Shown here: positions 29,436 to 43,741 of the stretch, piece after piece
Position numbering within the stretch: position 1 is the stretch's first letter
Layout: every line of letters begins with the position of its first letter
Assembly: GCF_009914755.1 (NCBI RefSeq)
Contig: NC_060948.1
From: the human T2T-CHM13v2.0 reference genome, Homo sapiens
Reading direction: 5' to 3' (one strand)
DNA length: 64,000 nt
Notes under the pieces: model-generated
Database searches by the model: none
Told to the model about the DNA's origin: nothing
Seen by the model: only the letters and a program-made list of their open reading frames with translations
Translations under genes and position numbers: made by a program

Positions 29436-32400
29436 CCTGGAATAAAGTGGAATGCTACGGTCTCGAATGGAATAAAAATGTATGGAATGGAATGCAATGA
29501 AACGGAATCGAATGTCATAGAATGTAATGGAATGCAAAAAAATGGAATCCAAAATCATTGACTGGAAAGGCTGGGTGTCGAAAGGAATTGACTCCAATGG
29601 AATGGAATCGAATGGAATGGAAGTGAATAGAATCGAACTAAATCGAATGGAATGGAATTGATAGGAACGGAATGGAAAGGAATGCAATGATTTGGCTTGG
29701 AATGGAATCGAATGGCATCGAATGGAATGGAATGGAATGCAATGGAATGGAATGTATTAGAATGTAATGAACTTTAATGGAATGTACTCGAATGGATTCG
29801 ACTGGAATGGAATGTTCTGGAAGTGAATGGACTCCAATGGAATGGATTCAAAAGGAATGGAATCGTACGGAATGGAATCTAATGGAATGGAATTAAATGG
29901 AAATGAATCAAATTGAATAGCACGGAATTGAATTGAATGGAATGGAATGCAATGGAATCTAATGAAACGGAAAGGAAAGGAATGGAATGGAATGGAATGG
30001 GCTGGAATGGAAAGGAATCGAAACGAATGGAATGGAATCGAAGTGAAGAGACTGGAATGGAATGCACTGGAATGGAAGGGAGTGTAATGGAAGGTTCTCG
30101 ACAAAAATGGAATCGAATGGAATGGAATTGATTGGAACGGAATAGAGTCGAATGGAATTGAATGGAATGGAATGGACTAGAGTGAAATGGAATCGAACCA
30201 CAAGGAATGGACAGGAATAGAATGGTCTCGAATTGAATGGAATCGTATGGAATGGCATCAAACGGAATGGAATGGACAGCCACGGAATGGAATGCACTCG
30301 AATGCAATGGAGTCGAAACTAATGGACTGGAATAGAATGGACTCGAGTGGTACGGACTCCAATGGAATGGAATCGAATGGAAGGGAATCGAACGGAATGG
30401 AATCGAACGGAATGGACTCGAAGGGAAAAGACTGCAATGGAAAGGTCTCGAATGGAATGGAAATTAATGGAATGGAATGGAATCGAATGAAATGGAGTCA
30501 AAAGGAATGGAATCGAATGGCAAGAAATCGAATGTAATGGAATCGCCAGGAATTGATGTGAACGGAACGGAATGGAATGGAATCCAAAGGAATGGAATAG
30601 AATGGAATGGAATCGAATGGAAAGGACTCGAATGGAAATCACTCGAATAGAATGCAATTTAATAAAATAGGATCAAATGTAATGGAATGGAATGGAAAGG
30701 AATCGAAACGAAAGGAATGGAGACAGATGGAATGGAATGGAACAGAGAGCAATGGTATAGAATGGAATGGAATCATCTGGAATGGAATTGAATGGAATGG
30801 AATAATATGAAATGGAATGGAATGGAATGGAATGGAATGCCCTTGAATTAAATGGACTGGAATGGAATGGACTCAAACAGAGTGGAATGGAAAGTGTGGA
30901 GATAGAATGGAATGAACTCCTTTGGAATGGTGTAGTATGCAATGCAATCGACTGGCAGGGAATCAAAAGGAATGTAATCGAATGGATTGGACTGGAATGC
31001 AATGGACTCGAATAGATTGGAAACGGAATGCAAAGGAATGGAATGGAATAGTATGGAATGCAATGGAAGGGAATGGAGTGGAATAGACTAGAGTGGAATG
31101 GAATGGACTGGAAAGCAATGGACTGGAATGGAACTTTCTTGGATGGACTGGAATCAAACGGAATGGAATGCAATGCAATCAAATTGCATGGAATAAAATA
31201 GAATGAAAGAGAATCAAATGGAATTGAATCGAATGGAATCGAATGGATTGGAAAGGAATAGAATGGAATGGAATGGAATTGACTCAAATGGAATGGACTA
31301 GAATGGAATGGATTCGAATGGAAGGCAAAGGAATGGAATCTATTGGAATGGACTGTAATGGAATGGAATGGAAGGGATTGGAATGGACTCGAATGGAATG
31401 GACTGCAATAGAAAGGATTCGAATGGAATGAAAAAGAATTGAATGGAATAGAACAGAATGGAATCAAATCGAATGAAATGGAATGGAATAGAAAGGAATG
31501 GAATGAAATGGAATGGAAAGGATTCGAATGGAATGCAATCGAATGGAATGGAATCGAACGGAATGGAATAAAATGGAAGAAAACTGGCAAGAAATGGAAT
31601 CGAAATGAATGGAGTGTTATGGAACGGACTCAAAAGGAATTGAATGTAATAGAATGGAGTGGAGTGGACTCGAATATAATGGACTGGAATGGAATGAAAT
31701 CACATGGAATGGGAACGAATGGAATGGAATGGAAAGGAATGGAATCGAATGGAAAGGAATCAAATGGAAGGGAATGAAATTGAATCAACACGAATGGAAG
31801 GGAATAGAATAGACTGTAATGGAATGGACTCGAATAGAATGGACACGAATGCTCAAATTAAATGGACTCGAATGGAATGGAAACGAAAGGAATGTCATCG
31901 AATGGAATTGAATCGATTGGAATGAAATCGCATAGAATGGAGTGGAATCAAATGGAATTGAATCGAAAGGAAAGGAAGCGAATGGACTGAAATGAAACGG
32001 AATGGAATTGAATGGAAAGTAATGCAATGGAATAGAATGGAACGAAATTTCACGGAATGGAATCAAACTGAATGGAATCAAATCAATGGAATCAAATCAA
32101 ATGGAATGGAAAGGAATTGAATGGAGTAGATGGGATTGGATGGGATTGGAATGAAATGTACTGGAAAGGACTCGAATTTCATGAAACGGAATGGAATGAA
32201 TTGGAACGGAATGGACTCGAATGGAATGGAATGTCATGGGATGGCATCAAATGGAATGACATCAAATGGAATGGAATCGAATGCAATGGAATGCTATGGA
32301 ATGGAATGGAATGCATTGGAATGGAATGTCCGCTAATGGAATGGATTCGAGTGGAATGGAATTGAATATAATGGAGTCGAATGAAATGGAATTGAAAGGA

Positions 32401-33019
32401 ATGGGATCGAATACAATGGAATATACTGGAATGTAACGTAATGAACTGGAATGTAATTGACTGGAATGGAATGTACATGAATGGAATGTAATCGAATGGA
32501 AAGTAATCCAATGGAATAGAATCTAATGCAATAAAATCGACTCAGATAGAGTAGAATGTAATGGAATGGAGTGCAGTGCAATGGAATGGAATGGAATGGA
32601 ATGCAATGGAATGGAATGGAATGGAATGGAATGGAATGGAATGGAATGGAATGGGATGGAATGGTATGGAATGGATAGTAATGGACTGGAGTGAAATGGA
32701 CTGGAAAGGAATGGACTCAAATTGACAGCGCTCGAAAGGAATGGAGTCAAATGGAATGGTCTGGAATGGAATGAACACGAATGTAATGCAACCCAATAGA
32801 ATGGAATCGAATGGCATGGAATATAAAGAAATGGAATCGAAGAGAATGGAAACAAATGGAATGGAATTGAATGGAATGGAATTGAATGGAATGGGAACGA
32901 ATGGAGTGAAATTGTATGCAGTAGAAGAGAATAGAATGGAATGCAAGCGAAAGGAAAGGAATGGATTGGAATGGAATGGAATTCATTGGAATGGAAGGGA
33001 ATGTAGTGTAATGGACAGG
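29436..33019 (+). repeat. DYZ1: DYZ1 unit U9, 3584 bp (type C)
   Basis: Same markers as U6, offset 10747. Confidence 0.95.
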
Positions 33020-36000
33020 CCTGGAATAAAGTGGAATGCTACGGTCTCGAATGGAATAAAAATGTATGGAATGGAATGCAATGAAACGGAATCGAATGTC
33101 ATAGAATGTAATGGAATGCAAAAAAATGGAATCCAAAATCATTGACTGGAAAGGCTGGGTGTCGAAAGGAATTGACTCCAACGGAATGGAATCGAATGGA
33201 ATGGAAGTGAATAGAATCGAACTAAATCGAATGGAATGGAATTGATAGGAACGGAATGGAAAGGAATGCAATGATTTGGCATGGAATGGAATCGAATGGC
33301 ATCGAATGGAATGGAATGGAATGCAATGGAATGGAATGTATTAGAATGTAATGAACTTTAATGGAATGTACTCGAATGGATTCGACTGGAATGGAATGTT
33401 CTGGAAGTGAATGGACTCCAATGGAATGGATTCAAAAGGAATGGAATCGTACGGAATGGAATCTAATGGAATGGAATTAAATGGAAATGAATCAAATTGA
33501 ATAGCACGGAATTGAATTGAATGGAATGGAATGCAATGGAATCTAATGAAACGGAAAGGAAAGGAATGGAATGGAATGGAATGGGCTGGAATGGAAAGGA
33601 ATCGAAACGAAAGGAATGGAATCGAAGTGAAGAGACTGGAATGGAATGCACTGGAATGGAAGGGAGTGTAATGGAAGGTTCTCGAAAAAAATGGAATCGA
33701 ATGGAATGGAATTGAATGGAACGGAATAGAGTCGAATGGAATTGAATGGAATGGAATGGACTAGAGTGAAATGGAATCGAACCACAAGGAATGGACAGGA
33801 ATAGAATGGTCTCGAATTGAATGGAATCGTATGGAATGGCATCAAACGGAATGGAATGGACAGCCACGGAATGGAATGCACTCGAAAGCAATGGAGTCGA
33901 AACTAATGGACTGGAATAGAGTGGACTCGACTGGTACGGACTCCAATGGAATGGAATCGAATGGAAGGGAATCGAACGGAAGGGAATCGAACGGAATGGA
34001 CTCGAAGGGAAAAGACTGCAATGGAAAGGTCTCGAATGGAATGGAAATTAATGGAATGGAATGGAATCGAATGAAATGGAGTCAAAAGGAATGGAATCGA
34101 ATGGCAAGAAATCGAATGTAATGGAATCGCCAGGAATTGATGTGAACGGAACGGAATGGAATGGAATCCAAAGGAATGGAATAGAATGGAATGGAATCGA
34201 ATGGAAAGGACTCGAATGGAAATCACTCGAATAGAATGCAATTTAATAAAATAGGATCAAATGTAATGGAATGGAATGGAAAGGAATCGAAACGAAAGGA
34301 ATGGAGACAGATGGAATGGAATGGAACAGAGAGCAATGGTATAGAATGGAATGGAATCATCTGGAATGGAATTGAATGGAATGGAATAATATGAAATGGA
34401 ATGGAATGGAATGGAATGGAATGCCCTTGAATTGAATGGACTGGAATAGAATGGACTCAAACAGAGTGGAATGGAAAGTGTGGAGATAGAATGGAATGAA
34501 CTCCTTTGGAATGGTGTAGTATGCAATGCAATCGACTGGCAGGGAATCAAAAGGTATGTAATCGAATGGATTGGACTGGAATGCAAAGGACTCGAATAGA
34601 TTGGAAACGGAATGCAAAGGAATGGAATGGAATAGTATGGAATGCAATGGAAGGGAATGGAGTGGAATAGACTAGAGTGGAATGGAATGGACTGGAAAGC
34701 AATGGACTGGAATGGAACTTTCTTGGATGGACTGGAATCAAACGGAATGGAATGCAGTGCAATCAAATGGCATGGAATAAAATAGAATGAAAGAGAATCA
34801 AATGGAATTGAATCGAATGGAATCGAATGGATTGGAAAGGAATAGAATGGAATGGAATGGAATGGACTCAAATGGAATGGACTAGAATGGAATGGATTCG
34901 AATGGAAGGCAAAGGAATGGAATCTATTGGAATGGACTGTAATGGAATGGAATGGAAGGGATTGGAATGGACTCGAATGGAATGGACTGCAATAGAAAGG
35001 ATTCGAATGGAATGAAAAAGAATTGAATGGAATAGAACAGAATGGAATCAAATCGAATGAAATGGAATGGAATAGAAAGGAATGGAATGAAATGGAATGG
35101 AAAGGATTCGAATGGAATGCAATCGAATGGAATGGAATCGAACGGAATGGAAGAAAATGGAAGAAAACTGGCAAGAAATGGAATCGAAATGAATGGAGTG
35201 TTATGGAACGGACTCAAAAGGAATTGAATGTAATAGAATGGAGTGGAGTGGACTCGAATATAATGGACTGGAATGGAATGAAATCACATGGAATGGGAAC
35301 GAATGGAATGGAATGGAAAGGAATGGAATCGAATGGAAAGGAATCGAATGGAAGGGAATGAAATTGAATCAACAGGAATGGAAGGCAATAGAATAGACTG
35401 TAATGGAATGGACTCGAATAGAATGGACACGAATGCTCAAATTAAATGGACTCGAATGGAATGGAAACGAAAGGAATGTCATCGAATGGAATTGAATCGA
35501 TTGGAATGAAATCGCATAGAATGGAGTGGAATCAAATGGAATTGAATCGAAAGGAAAGGAAGTGAATGGACTGAAATGAAATGGAATGGAATTGAATGGA
35601 AAGTAATGCAATGGAATAGAATGGAACGAAATTTCACGGAATGGAATCAAACTGAATGGAATCAAATCAATGGAATCAAATCAAATGGAATGGAAAGGAA
35701 TTGAATGGAGTAGATGGGATTGGATGGGATTGGAATGAAATGTACTGGAAAGGACTCGAATTTCATGAAACGGAATGGAATGAATTGGAACGGAATGGAC
35801 TCGAATGGAATGGAATGTCATGGGATGGCATCAAATGGAATGGCATCAAATGGAATGGAATCGAATGCAATGGAATGCTATGGAATGGAATGGAATGCAT
35901 TGGAATGGAATGTCCTCTAATGGAGTGGATTCGAGTGGAATGGAATTGAATATAATGGAGTCGAATGAAATGGAATTGAAAGGAATGGGATCGAATACAA

Positions 36001-36603
36001 TGGAATATACAGGAATGTAACGTAATGAACTCGAATGTAATTGACTGGAATGGAATGTACATGAATGGAATGTAATCGAATGGAAAGTAATCCAATGGAA
36101 TAGAATCTAATGCAATAAAATCGACTCAGATAGAGTAGAATGTAATGGAATGGAGTGCAGTGCAATGGAATGGAATGGAATGGAATGCAATGGAATGGAA
36201 TGGAATGGAATGGAATGGAATGGAATGGAATGGAATGGGATGGAATGGTATGGAATGGATAGTAATGGACTGGAGTGAAATGGACTGGAAAGGAATGGAC
36301 TCAAATTGAAAGGGCTCGAAAGGAATGGAGTCAAATGGAATGGTCTGGTATGGAATGAACACGAATGTAATGCAACCCAATAGAATGGAATCGAATGGCA
36401 TGGAATATAAAGAAATGGAATCGAAGAGAATGGAAACAAATGGAATGGAATTGAATGGAATGGAATTGAATGGAATGGGAACGAATGGAGTGAAATTGTA
36501 TGCAGTAGAAGAGAATAGAATGGAATGCAAGCGAAAGGAAAGGAATGGATTGGAATGGAATGGAATTCATTGGAATGGAAGGGAATGTAGTGTAATGGAC
36601 AGG
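33020..36603 (+). repeat. DYZ1: DYZ1 unit U10, 3584 bp (A-to-D recombinant)
   Basis: A markers up to 35386; D markers from 35843. Confidence 0.93.
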
Positions 36604-39600
36604 CCTGGAATAAAGTGGAATGCTACGGTCTCGAATGGAATAAAAATGTATGGAATGGAATGCAATGAAACGGAATCGAATGTCATAGAATGTAATGGAA
36701 TGCAAAAAAATGGAATCCAAAATCATTGACTGGAAAGGCTGGGTGTCGAAAGGAATTGACTCCAATGGAATGGAATCGAATGGAATGGAAGTGAATAGAA
36801 TCGAACTAAATCGAATGGAATGGAATTGATAGGAACGGAATGGAAAGGAATGCAATGATTTGGCATGGAATGGAATCGAATGGCATCGAATGGAATGGAA
36901 TGGAATGCAATGGAATGGAATGTATTAGAATGGAATGAACTTTAATGGAATGTACTCGAATGGATTCGACTGGAATGGAATGTTCTGGAAGTGAATGGAC
37001 TCCAATGGAATGGATTCAAAAGGAATGGAATCGTACGGAATGGAATCTAATGGAATGGAATTAAATGGAAATGAATCAAATTGAATAGCACGGAATTGAA
37101 TTGAATGGAATGGAATGCAATGGAATCTAATGAAACGGAAAGGAAAGGAATGGAATGGAATGGAATGGGCTGGAATGGAAAGGAATCGAAACGAATGGAA
37201 TGGAATCGAAGTGAAGAGACTGGAATGGAATGCACTGGAATGGAAGGGAGTGTAATGGAAGGTTCTCGAAAAAAATGGAATCGAATGGAATGGAATTGAA
37301 TGGAACGGAATAGAGTCGAATGGAATTGAATGGAATGGAATGGACTAGAGTGAAATGGAATCGAACCACAAGGAATGGACAGGAATAGAATGGTCTCGAA
37401 TTGAATGGAATCGTATGGAATGGCATCAAACGGAATGGAATGGACAGCCACGGAATGGAATGCACTCGAATGCAATGGAGTCGAAACTAATGGACTGGAA
37501 TAGAATGGACTCGACTGGTACGGACTGCAATGGAATGGAATCGAATGGAAGGGAATCGAACGGAATGGACTCGAAGGGAAAAGACTGCAATGGAAAGGTC
37601 TCGAATGGAATGGAAATTAATGGAATGGAATGGAATCGAATGAAATGGAGTCAAAAGGAATGGAATCGAATGGCAAGAAATCGAATGTAATGGAATCGCA
37701 AGGAATTGATGTGAACGGAACGGAATGGAATGGAATCCAAAGGAATGGAATAGAATGGAATGGAATCGAATGGAAAGGACTCGAATGGAAATCACTCGAA
37801 TAGAATGCAATTTAATAAAATAGGATCAAATGTAATGGAATGGAATGGAAAGGAATCGAAACGAAAGGAATGGAGACAGATGGAATGGAATGGAACAGAG
37901 AGCAATGGTATAGAATGGAATGGAATCATCTGGAATGGAATTGAATGGAATGGAATAATATGAAATGGAATGGAATGGAATGGAATGGAATGGAATGCCC
38001 TTGAATTAAACGGACTGGAATGGAATGGACTCAAACAGAGTGGAATGGAAAGTGTGGAGATAGAATGGAATGAACTCCTTTGGAATGGTGTAGTATGCAA
38101 TGCAATCGACTGGCAGGGAATCAAAAGGAATGTAATCGAATGGATTGGACTGGAATGCAATGGACTCGAATAGATTGGAAACGGAATGCAAAGGAATGGA
38201 ATGGAATAGTATGGAATGCAATGGAAGGGAATGGAGTGGAATAGACTAGAGTGGAATGGAATGGACTGGAAAGCAATGGACTGGAATGGAACTTTCTTGG
38301 ATGGACTGGAATCAAACGGAATGGAATGCAATGCAATCAAATGGCATGGAATAAAATAGAATGAAAGAGAATCAAATGGAATTGAATCGAATGGAATCGA
38401 ATGGATTGGAAAGGAATAGAATGGAATGGAATGGAATGGACTCAAATGGAATGTACTAGAATGGAATGGATTCGAATGGAAGGCAAAGGAATGGAATCTA
38501 TTGGAATGGACTGTAATGGAATGGAATGGAAGGGATTGGAATGGACTCGAATGGAATGGACTGCAATAGAAAGGATTCGAATGGAATGAAAAAGAATTGA
38601 ATGGAATAGAACAGAATGGAATCAAATCGAATGAAATGGAATGGAATAGAAAGGAATGGAATGAAATGGAATGGAAAGGATTCGAATGGAATGCAATCGA
38701 ATGGAATGGAATCGAACGGAATGGAATAAAATGGAAGAAAACTGGCAAGAAATGGAATCGAAATGAATGGAGTGTTATGGAACGGACTCAAAAGGAATTG
38801 AATGTAATAGAATGGAGTGGAGTGGACTCGAATATAATGGACTGGAATGGAATGAAATCACATGGAATGGGAACGAATGGAATGGAATGGAAAGGAATGG
38901 AATCGAATGGAAAGGAATCGAATGGAAGGGAATGAAATTGAATCAACACGAATGGAAGGGAATAGAATAGACTGTAATGGAATGGACTCGAATAGAATGG
39001 ACACGAATGCTCAAATTAAATGGACTCGAATGGAATGGAAACGAAAGGAATGTCACCGAATGGAATTGAATCGATTGGAATGAAATCGCATAGAATGGAG
39101 TGGAATCAAATGGAATTGAATCGAAAGGAAAGGAAGCGAATGGACTGAAATGAAATGGAATGGAATTGAATGGAAAGTAATGCAATGGAATAGAATGGAA
39201 CGAAATTTCACGGAATGGAATCAAACTGAATGGAATCAAATCAATGGAATCAAATCAAATGGAATGGAAAGGAATTGAATGGAGTAGATGGGATTGGATG
39301 GGATTGGAATGAAATGTACTGGAAAGGACTCGAATTTCATGAAACGGAATGGAATGAATTGGAACGGAATGGACTCGAATGGAATGGAATGTCATGGGAT
39401 GGCATCAAATGGAATGGCATCAAATGGAATGGAATCGAATGCAATGGAATGCTATGGAATGGAATGGAATGCATTGGAATGGAATGTCCTCTAATGGAGT
39501 GGATTCGAGTGGAATGGAATTGAATATAATGGAGTCGAATGAAATGGAATTGAAAGGAATGGGATCGAATACAATGGAATATACAGGAATGTAACGTAAT

Positions 39601-40177
39601 GAACTCGAATGTAATTGACTGGAATGGAATGTACATGAATGGAATGTAATCGAATGGAAAGTAATCCAATGGAATAGAATCTAATGCAATAAAATCGACT
39701 CAGATAGAGTAGAATGTAATGGAATGGAGTGCAGTGCAATGGAATGGAATGGAATGGAATGCAATGGAATGGAATGGAATGGAATGGAATGGAATGGAAT
39801 GGAATGGAATGGGATGGAATGGTATGGAATGGATAGTAATGGACTGGAGTGAAATGGACTGGAAAGGAATGGACTCAAATTGAAAGGGCTCGAAAGGAAT
39901 GGAGTCAAATGGAATGGTCTGGTATGGAATGAACACGAATGTAATGCAACCCAATAGAATGGAATCGAATGGCATGGAATATAAAGAAATGGAATCGAAG
40001 AGAATGGAAACAAATGGAATGGAATTGAATGGAATGGAATTGAATGGAATGGGAACGAATGGAGTGAAATTGTATGCAGTAGAAGAGAATAGAATGGAAT
40101 GCAAGCGAAAGGAAAGGAATGGATTGGAATGGAATGGAATTCATTGGAATGGAAGGGAATGTAGTGTAATGGACAGG
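36604..40177 (+). repeat. DYZ1: DYZ1 unit U11, 3574 bp (type D1)
   Basis: 15-bp deletion near 37555, extra pentamer near 37975, CGCAAGG near 37700. Confidence 0.95.
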
Positions 40178-43100
40178 CCTGGAATAAAGTGGAATGCTAC
40201 GGTCTCGAATGGAATAAAAATGTATGGAATGGAATGCAATGAAACGGAATCGAATGTCATAGAATGTAATGGAATGCAAAAAAATGGAATCCAAAATCAT
40301 TGACTGGAAAGGCTGGGTGTCGAAAGGAATTGACTCCAATGGAATGGAATCGAATGGAATGGAAGTGAATAGAATCGAACTAAATCGAATGGAATGGAAT
40401 TGATAGGAACGGAATGGAAAGGAATGCAATGATTTGGCATGGAATGGAATCGAATGGCATCGAATGGAATGGAATGGAATGCAATGGAATGGAATGTATT
40501 AGAATGGAATGAACTTTAATGGAATGTACTCGAATGGATTCGACTGGAATGGAATGTTCTGGAAGTGAATGGACTCCAATGGAATGGATTCAAAAGGAAT
40601 GGAATCGTACGGAATGGAATCTAATGGAATGGAATTAAATGGAAATGAATCAAATTGAATAGCACGGAATTGAATTGAATGGAATGGAATGCAATGGAAT
40701 CTAATGAAACGGAAAGGAAAGGAATGGAATGGAATGGAATGGGCTGGAATGGAAAGGAATCGAAACGAATGGAATGGAATCGAAGTGAAGAGACTGGAAT
40801 GGAATGCACTGGAATGGAAGGGAGTGTAATGGAAGGTTCTCGAAAAAAATGGAATCGAATGGAATGGAATTGAATGGAACGGAATAGAGTCGAATGGAAT
40901 TGAATGGAATGGAATGGACTAGAGTGAAATGGAATCGAACCACAAGGAATGGACAGGAATAGAATGGTCTCGAATTGAATGGAATCGTATGGAATGGCAT
41001 CAAACGGAATGGAATGGACAGCCACGGAATGGAATGCACTCGAATGCAATGGAGTCGAAACTAATGGACTGGAATAGAATGGACTCGACTGGTACGGACT
41101 GCAATGGAATGGAATCGAATGGAAGGGAATCGAACGGAATGGACTCGAAGGGAAAAGACTGCAATGGAAAGGTCTCGAATGGAATGGAAATTAATGGAAT
41201 GGAATGGAATCGAATGAAATGGAGTCAAAAGGAATGGAATCGAATGGCAAGAAATCGAATGTAATGGAATCGCAAGGAATTGATGTGAACGGAACGGAAT
41301 GGAATGGAATCCAAAGGAATGGAATAGAATGGAATGGAATCGAATGGAAAGGACTCGAATGGAAATCACTCGAATAGAATGCAATTTAATAAAATAGGAT
41401 CAAATGTAATGGAATGGAATGGAAAGGAATCGAAACGAAAGGAATGGAGACAGATGGAATGGAATGGAACAGAGAGCAATGGTATAGAATGGAATGGAAT
41501 CATCTGGAATGGAATTGAATGGAATGGAATAATATGAAATGGAATGGAATGGAATGGAATGGAATGGAATGCCCTTGAATTAAACGGACTGGAATGGAAT
41601 GGACTCAAACAGAGTGGAATGGAAAGTGTGGAGATAGAATGGAATGAACTCCTTTGGAATGGTGTAGTATGCAATGCAATCGACTGGCAGGGAATCAAAA
41701 GGAATGTAATCGAATGGATTGGACTGGAATGCAATGGACTCGAATAGATTGGAAACGGAATGCAAAGGAATGGAATGGAATAGTATGGAATGCAATGGAA
41801 GGGAATGGAGTGGAATAGACTAGAGTGGAATGGAATGGACTGGAAAGCAATGGACTGGAATGGAACTTTCTTGGATGGACTGGAATCAAACGGAATGGAA
41901 TGCAATGCAATCAAATGGCATGGAATAAAATAGAATGAAAGAGAATCAAATGGAATTGAATCGAATGGAATCGAATGGATTGGAAAGGAATAGAATGGAA
42001 TGGAATGGAATGGACTCAAATGGAATGTACTAGAATGGAATGGATTCGAATGGAAGGCAAAGGAATGGAATCTATTGGAATGGACTGTAATGGAATGGAA
42101 TGGAAGGGATTGGAATGGACTCGAATGGAATGGACTGCAATAGAAAGGATTCGAATGGAATGAAAAAGAATTGAATGGAATAGAACAGAATGGAATCAAA
42201 TCGAATGAAATGGAATGGAATAGAAAGGAATGGAATGAAATGGAATGGAAAGGATTCGAATGGAATGCAATCGAATGGAATGGAATCGAACGGAATGGAA
42301 TAAAATGGAAGAAAACTGGCAAGAAATGGAATCGAAATGAATGGAGTGTTATGGAACGGACTCAAAAGGAATTGAATGTAATAGAATGGAGTGGAGTGGA
42401 CTCGAATATAATGGACTGGAATGGAATGAAATCACATGGAATGGGAACGAATGGAATGGAATGGAAAGGAATGGAATCGAATGGAAAGGAATCGAATGGA
42501 AGGGAATGAAATTGAATCAACACGAATGGAAGGGAATAGAATAGACTGTAATGGAATGGACTCGAATAGAATGGACACGAATGCTCAAATTAAATGGACT
42601 CGAATGGAATGGAAACGAAAGGAATGTCACCGAATGGAATTGAATCGATTGGAATGAAATCGCATAGAATGGAGTGGAATCAAATGGAATTGAATCGAAA
42701 GGAAAGGAAGCGAATGGACTGAAATGAAATGGAATGGAATTGAATGGAAAGTAATGCAATGGAATAGAATGGAACGAAATTTCACGGAATGGAATCAAAC
42801 TGAATGGAATCAAATCAATGGAATCAAATCAAATGGAATGGAAAGGAATTGAATGGAGTAGATGGGATTGGATGGGATTGGAATGAAATGTACTGGAAAG
42901 GACTCGAATTTCATGAAACGGAATGGAATGAATTGGAACGGAATGGACTCGAATGGAATGGAATGTCATGGGATGGCATCAAATGGAATGGCATCAAATG
43001 GAATGGAATCGAATGCAATGGAATGCTATGGAATGGAATGGAATGCATTGGAATGGAATGTCCTCTAATGGAGTGGATTCGAGTGGAATGGAATTGAATA

Positions 43101-43741
43101 TAATGGAGTCGAATGAAATGGAATTGAAAGGAATGGGATCGAATACAATTGAATATACAGGAATGTAACGTAATGAACTCGAATGTAATTGACTGGAATG
43201 GAATGTACATGAATGGAATGTAATCGAATGGAAAGTAATCCAATGGAATAGAATCTAATGCAATAAAATCGACTCAGATAGAGTAGAATGTAATGGAATG
43301 GAGTGCAGTGCAATGGAATGGAATGGAATGGAATGCAATGGAATGGAATGGAATGGAATGGAATGGAATGGAATGGGATGGAATGGTATGGAATGGATAG
43401 TAATGGACTGGAGTGAAATGGACTGGAAAGGAATGGACTCAAATTGAAAGGGCTCGAAAGGAATGGAGTCAAATGGAATGGTCTGGTATGGAATGAACAC
43501 GAATGTAATGCAACCCAATAGAATGGAATCGAATGGCATGGAATATAAAGAAATGGAATCGAAGAGAATGGAAACAAATGGAATGGAATTGAATGGAATG
43601 GAATTGAATGGAATGGGAACGAATGGAGTGAAATTGTATGCAGTAGAAGAGAATAGAATGGAATGCAAGCGAAAGGAAAGGAATGGATTGGAATGGAATG
43701 GAATTCATTGGAATGGAAGGGAATGTAGTGTAATGGACAGG
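40178..43741 (+). repeat. DYZ1: DYZ1 unit U12, 3564 bp (type D1)
   Basis: Same head as U11; tract n=7. Confidence 0.95.

Larger units (their letters stand above)
10589..35666 (+). repeat. Three-unit super-repeat (~10.75 kb), ~2.3 tandem copies
   Basis: Diagnostic variants recur at offsets of 10742-10752 (15633/26385; 19355/30102; 15-bp deletion ~18550/~29298; CTAGTGG ~12410/~23162). Boundaries are approximate to a few hundred bp. Confidence 0.9.

Noticed and set aside
40178-43741. U12 length (3564 bp) equals the classically cited DYZ1 clone length
   Set aside because: Several indel combinations can give this length, so identity with that clone cannot be claimed without an alignment.
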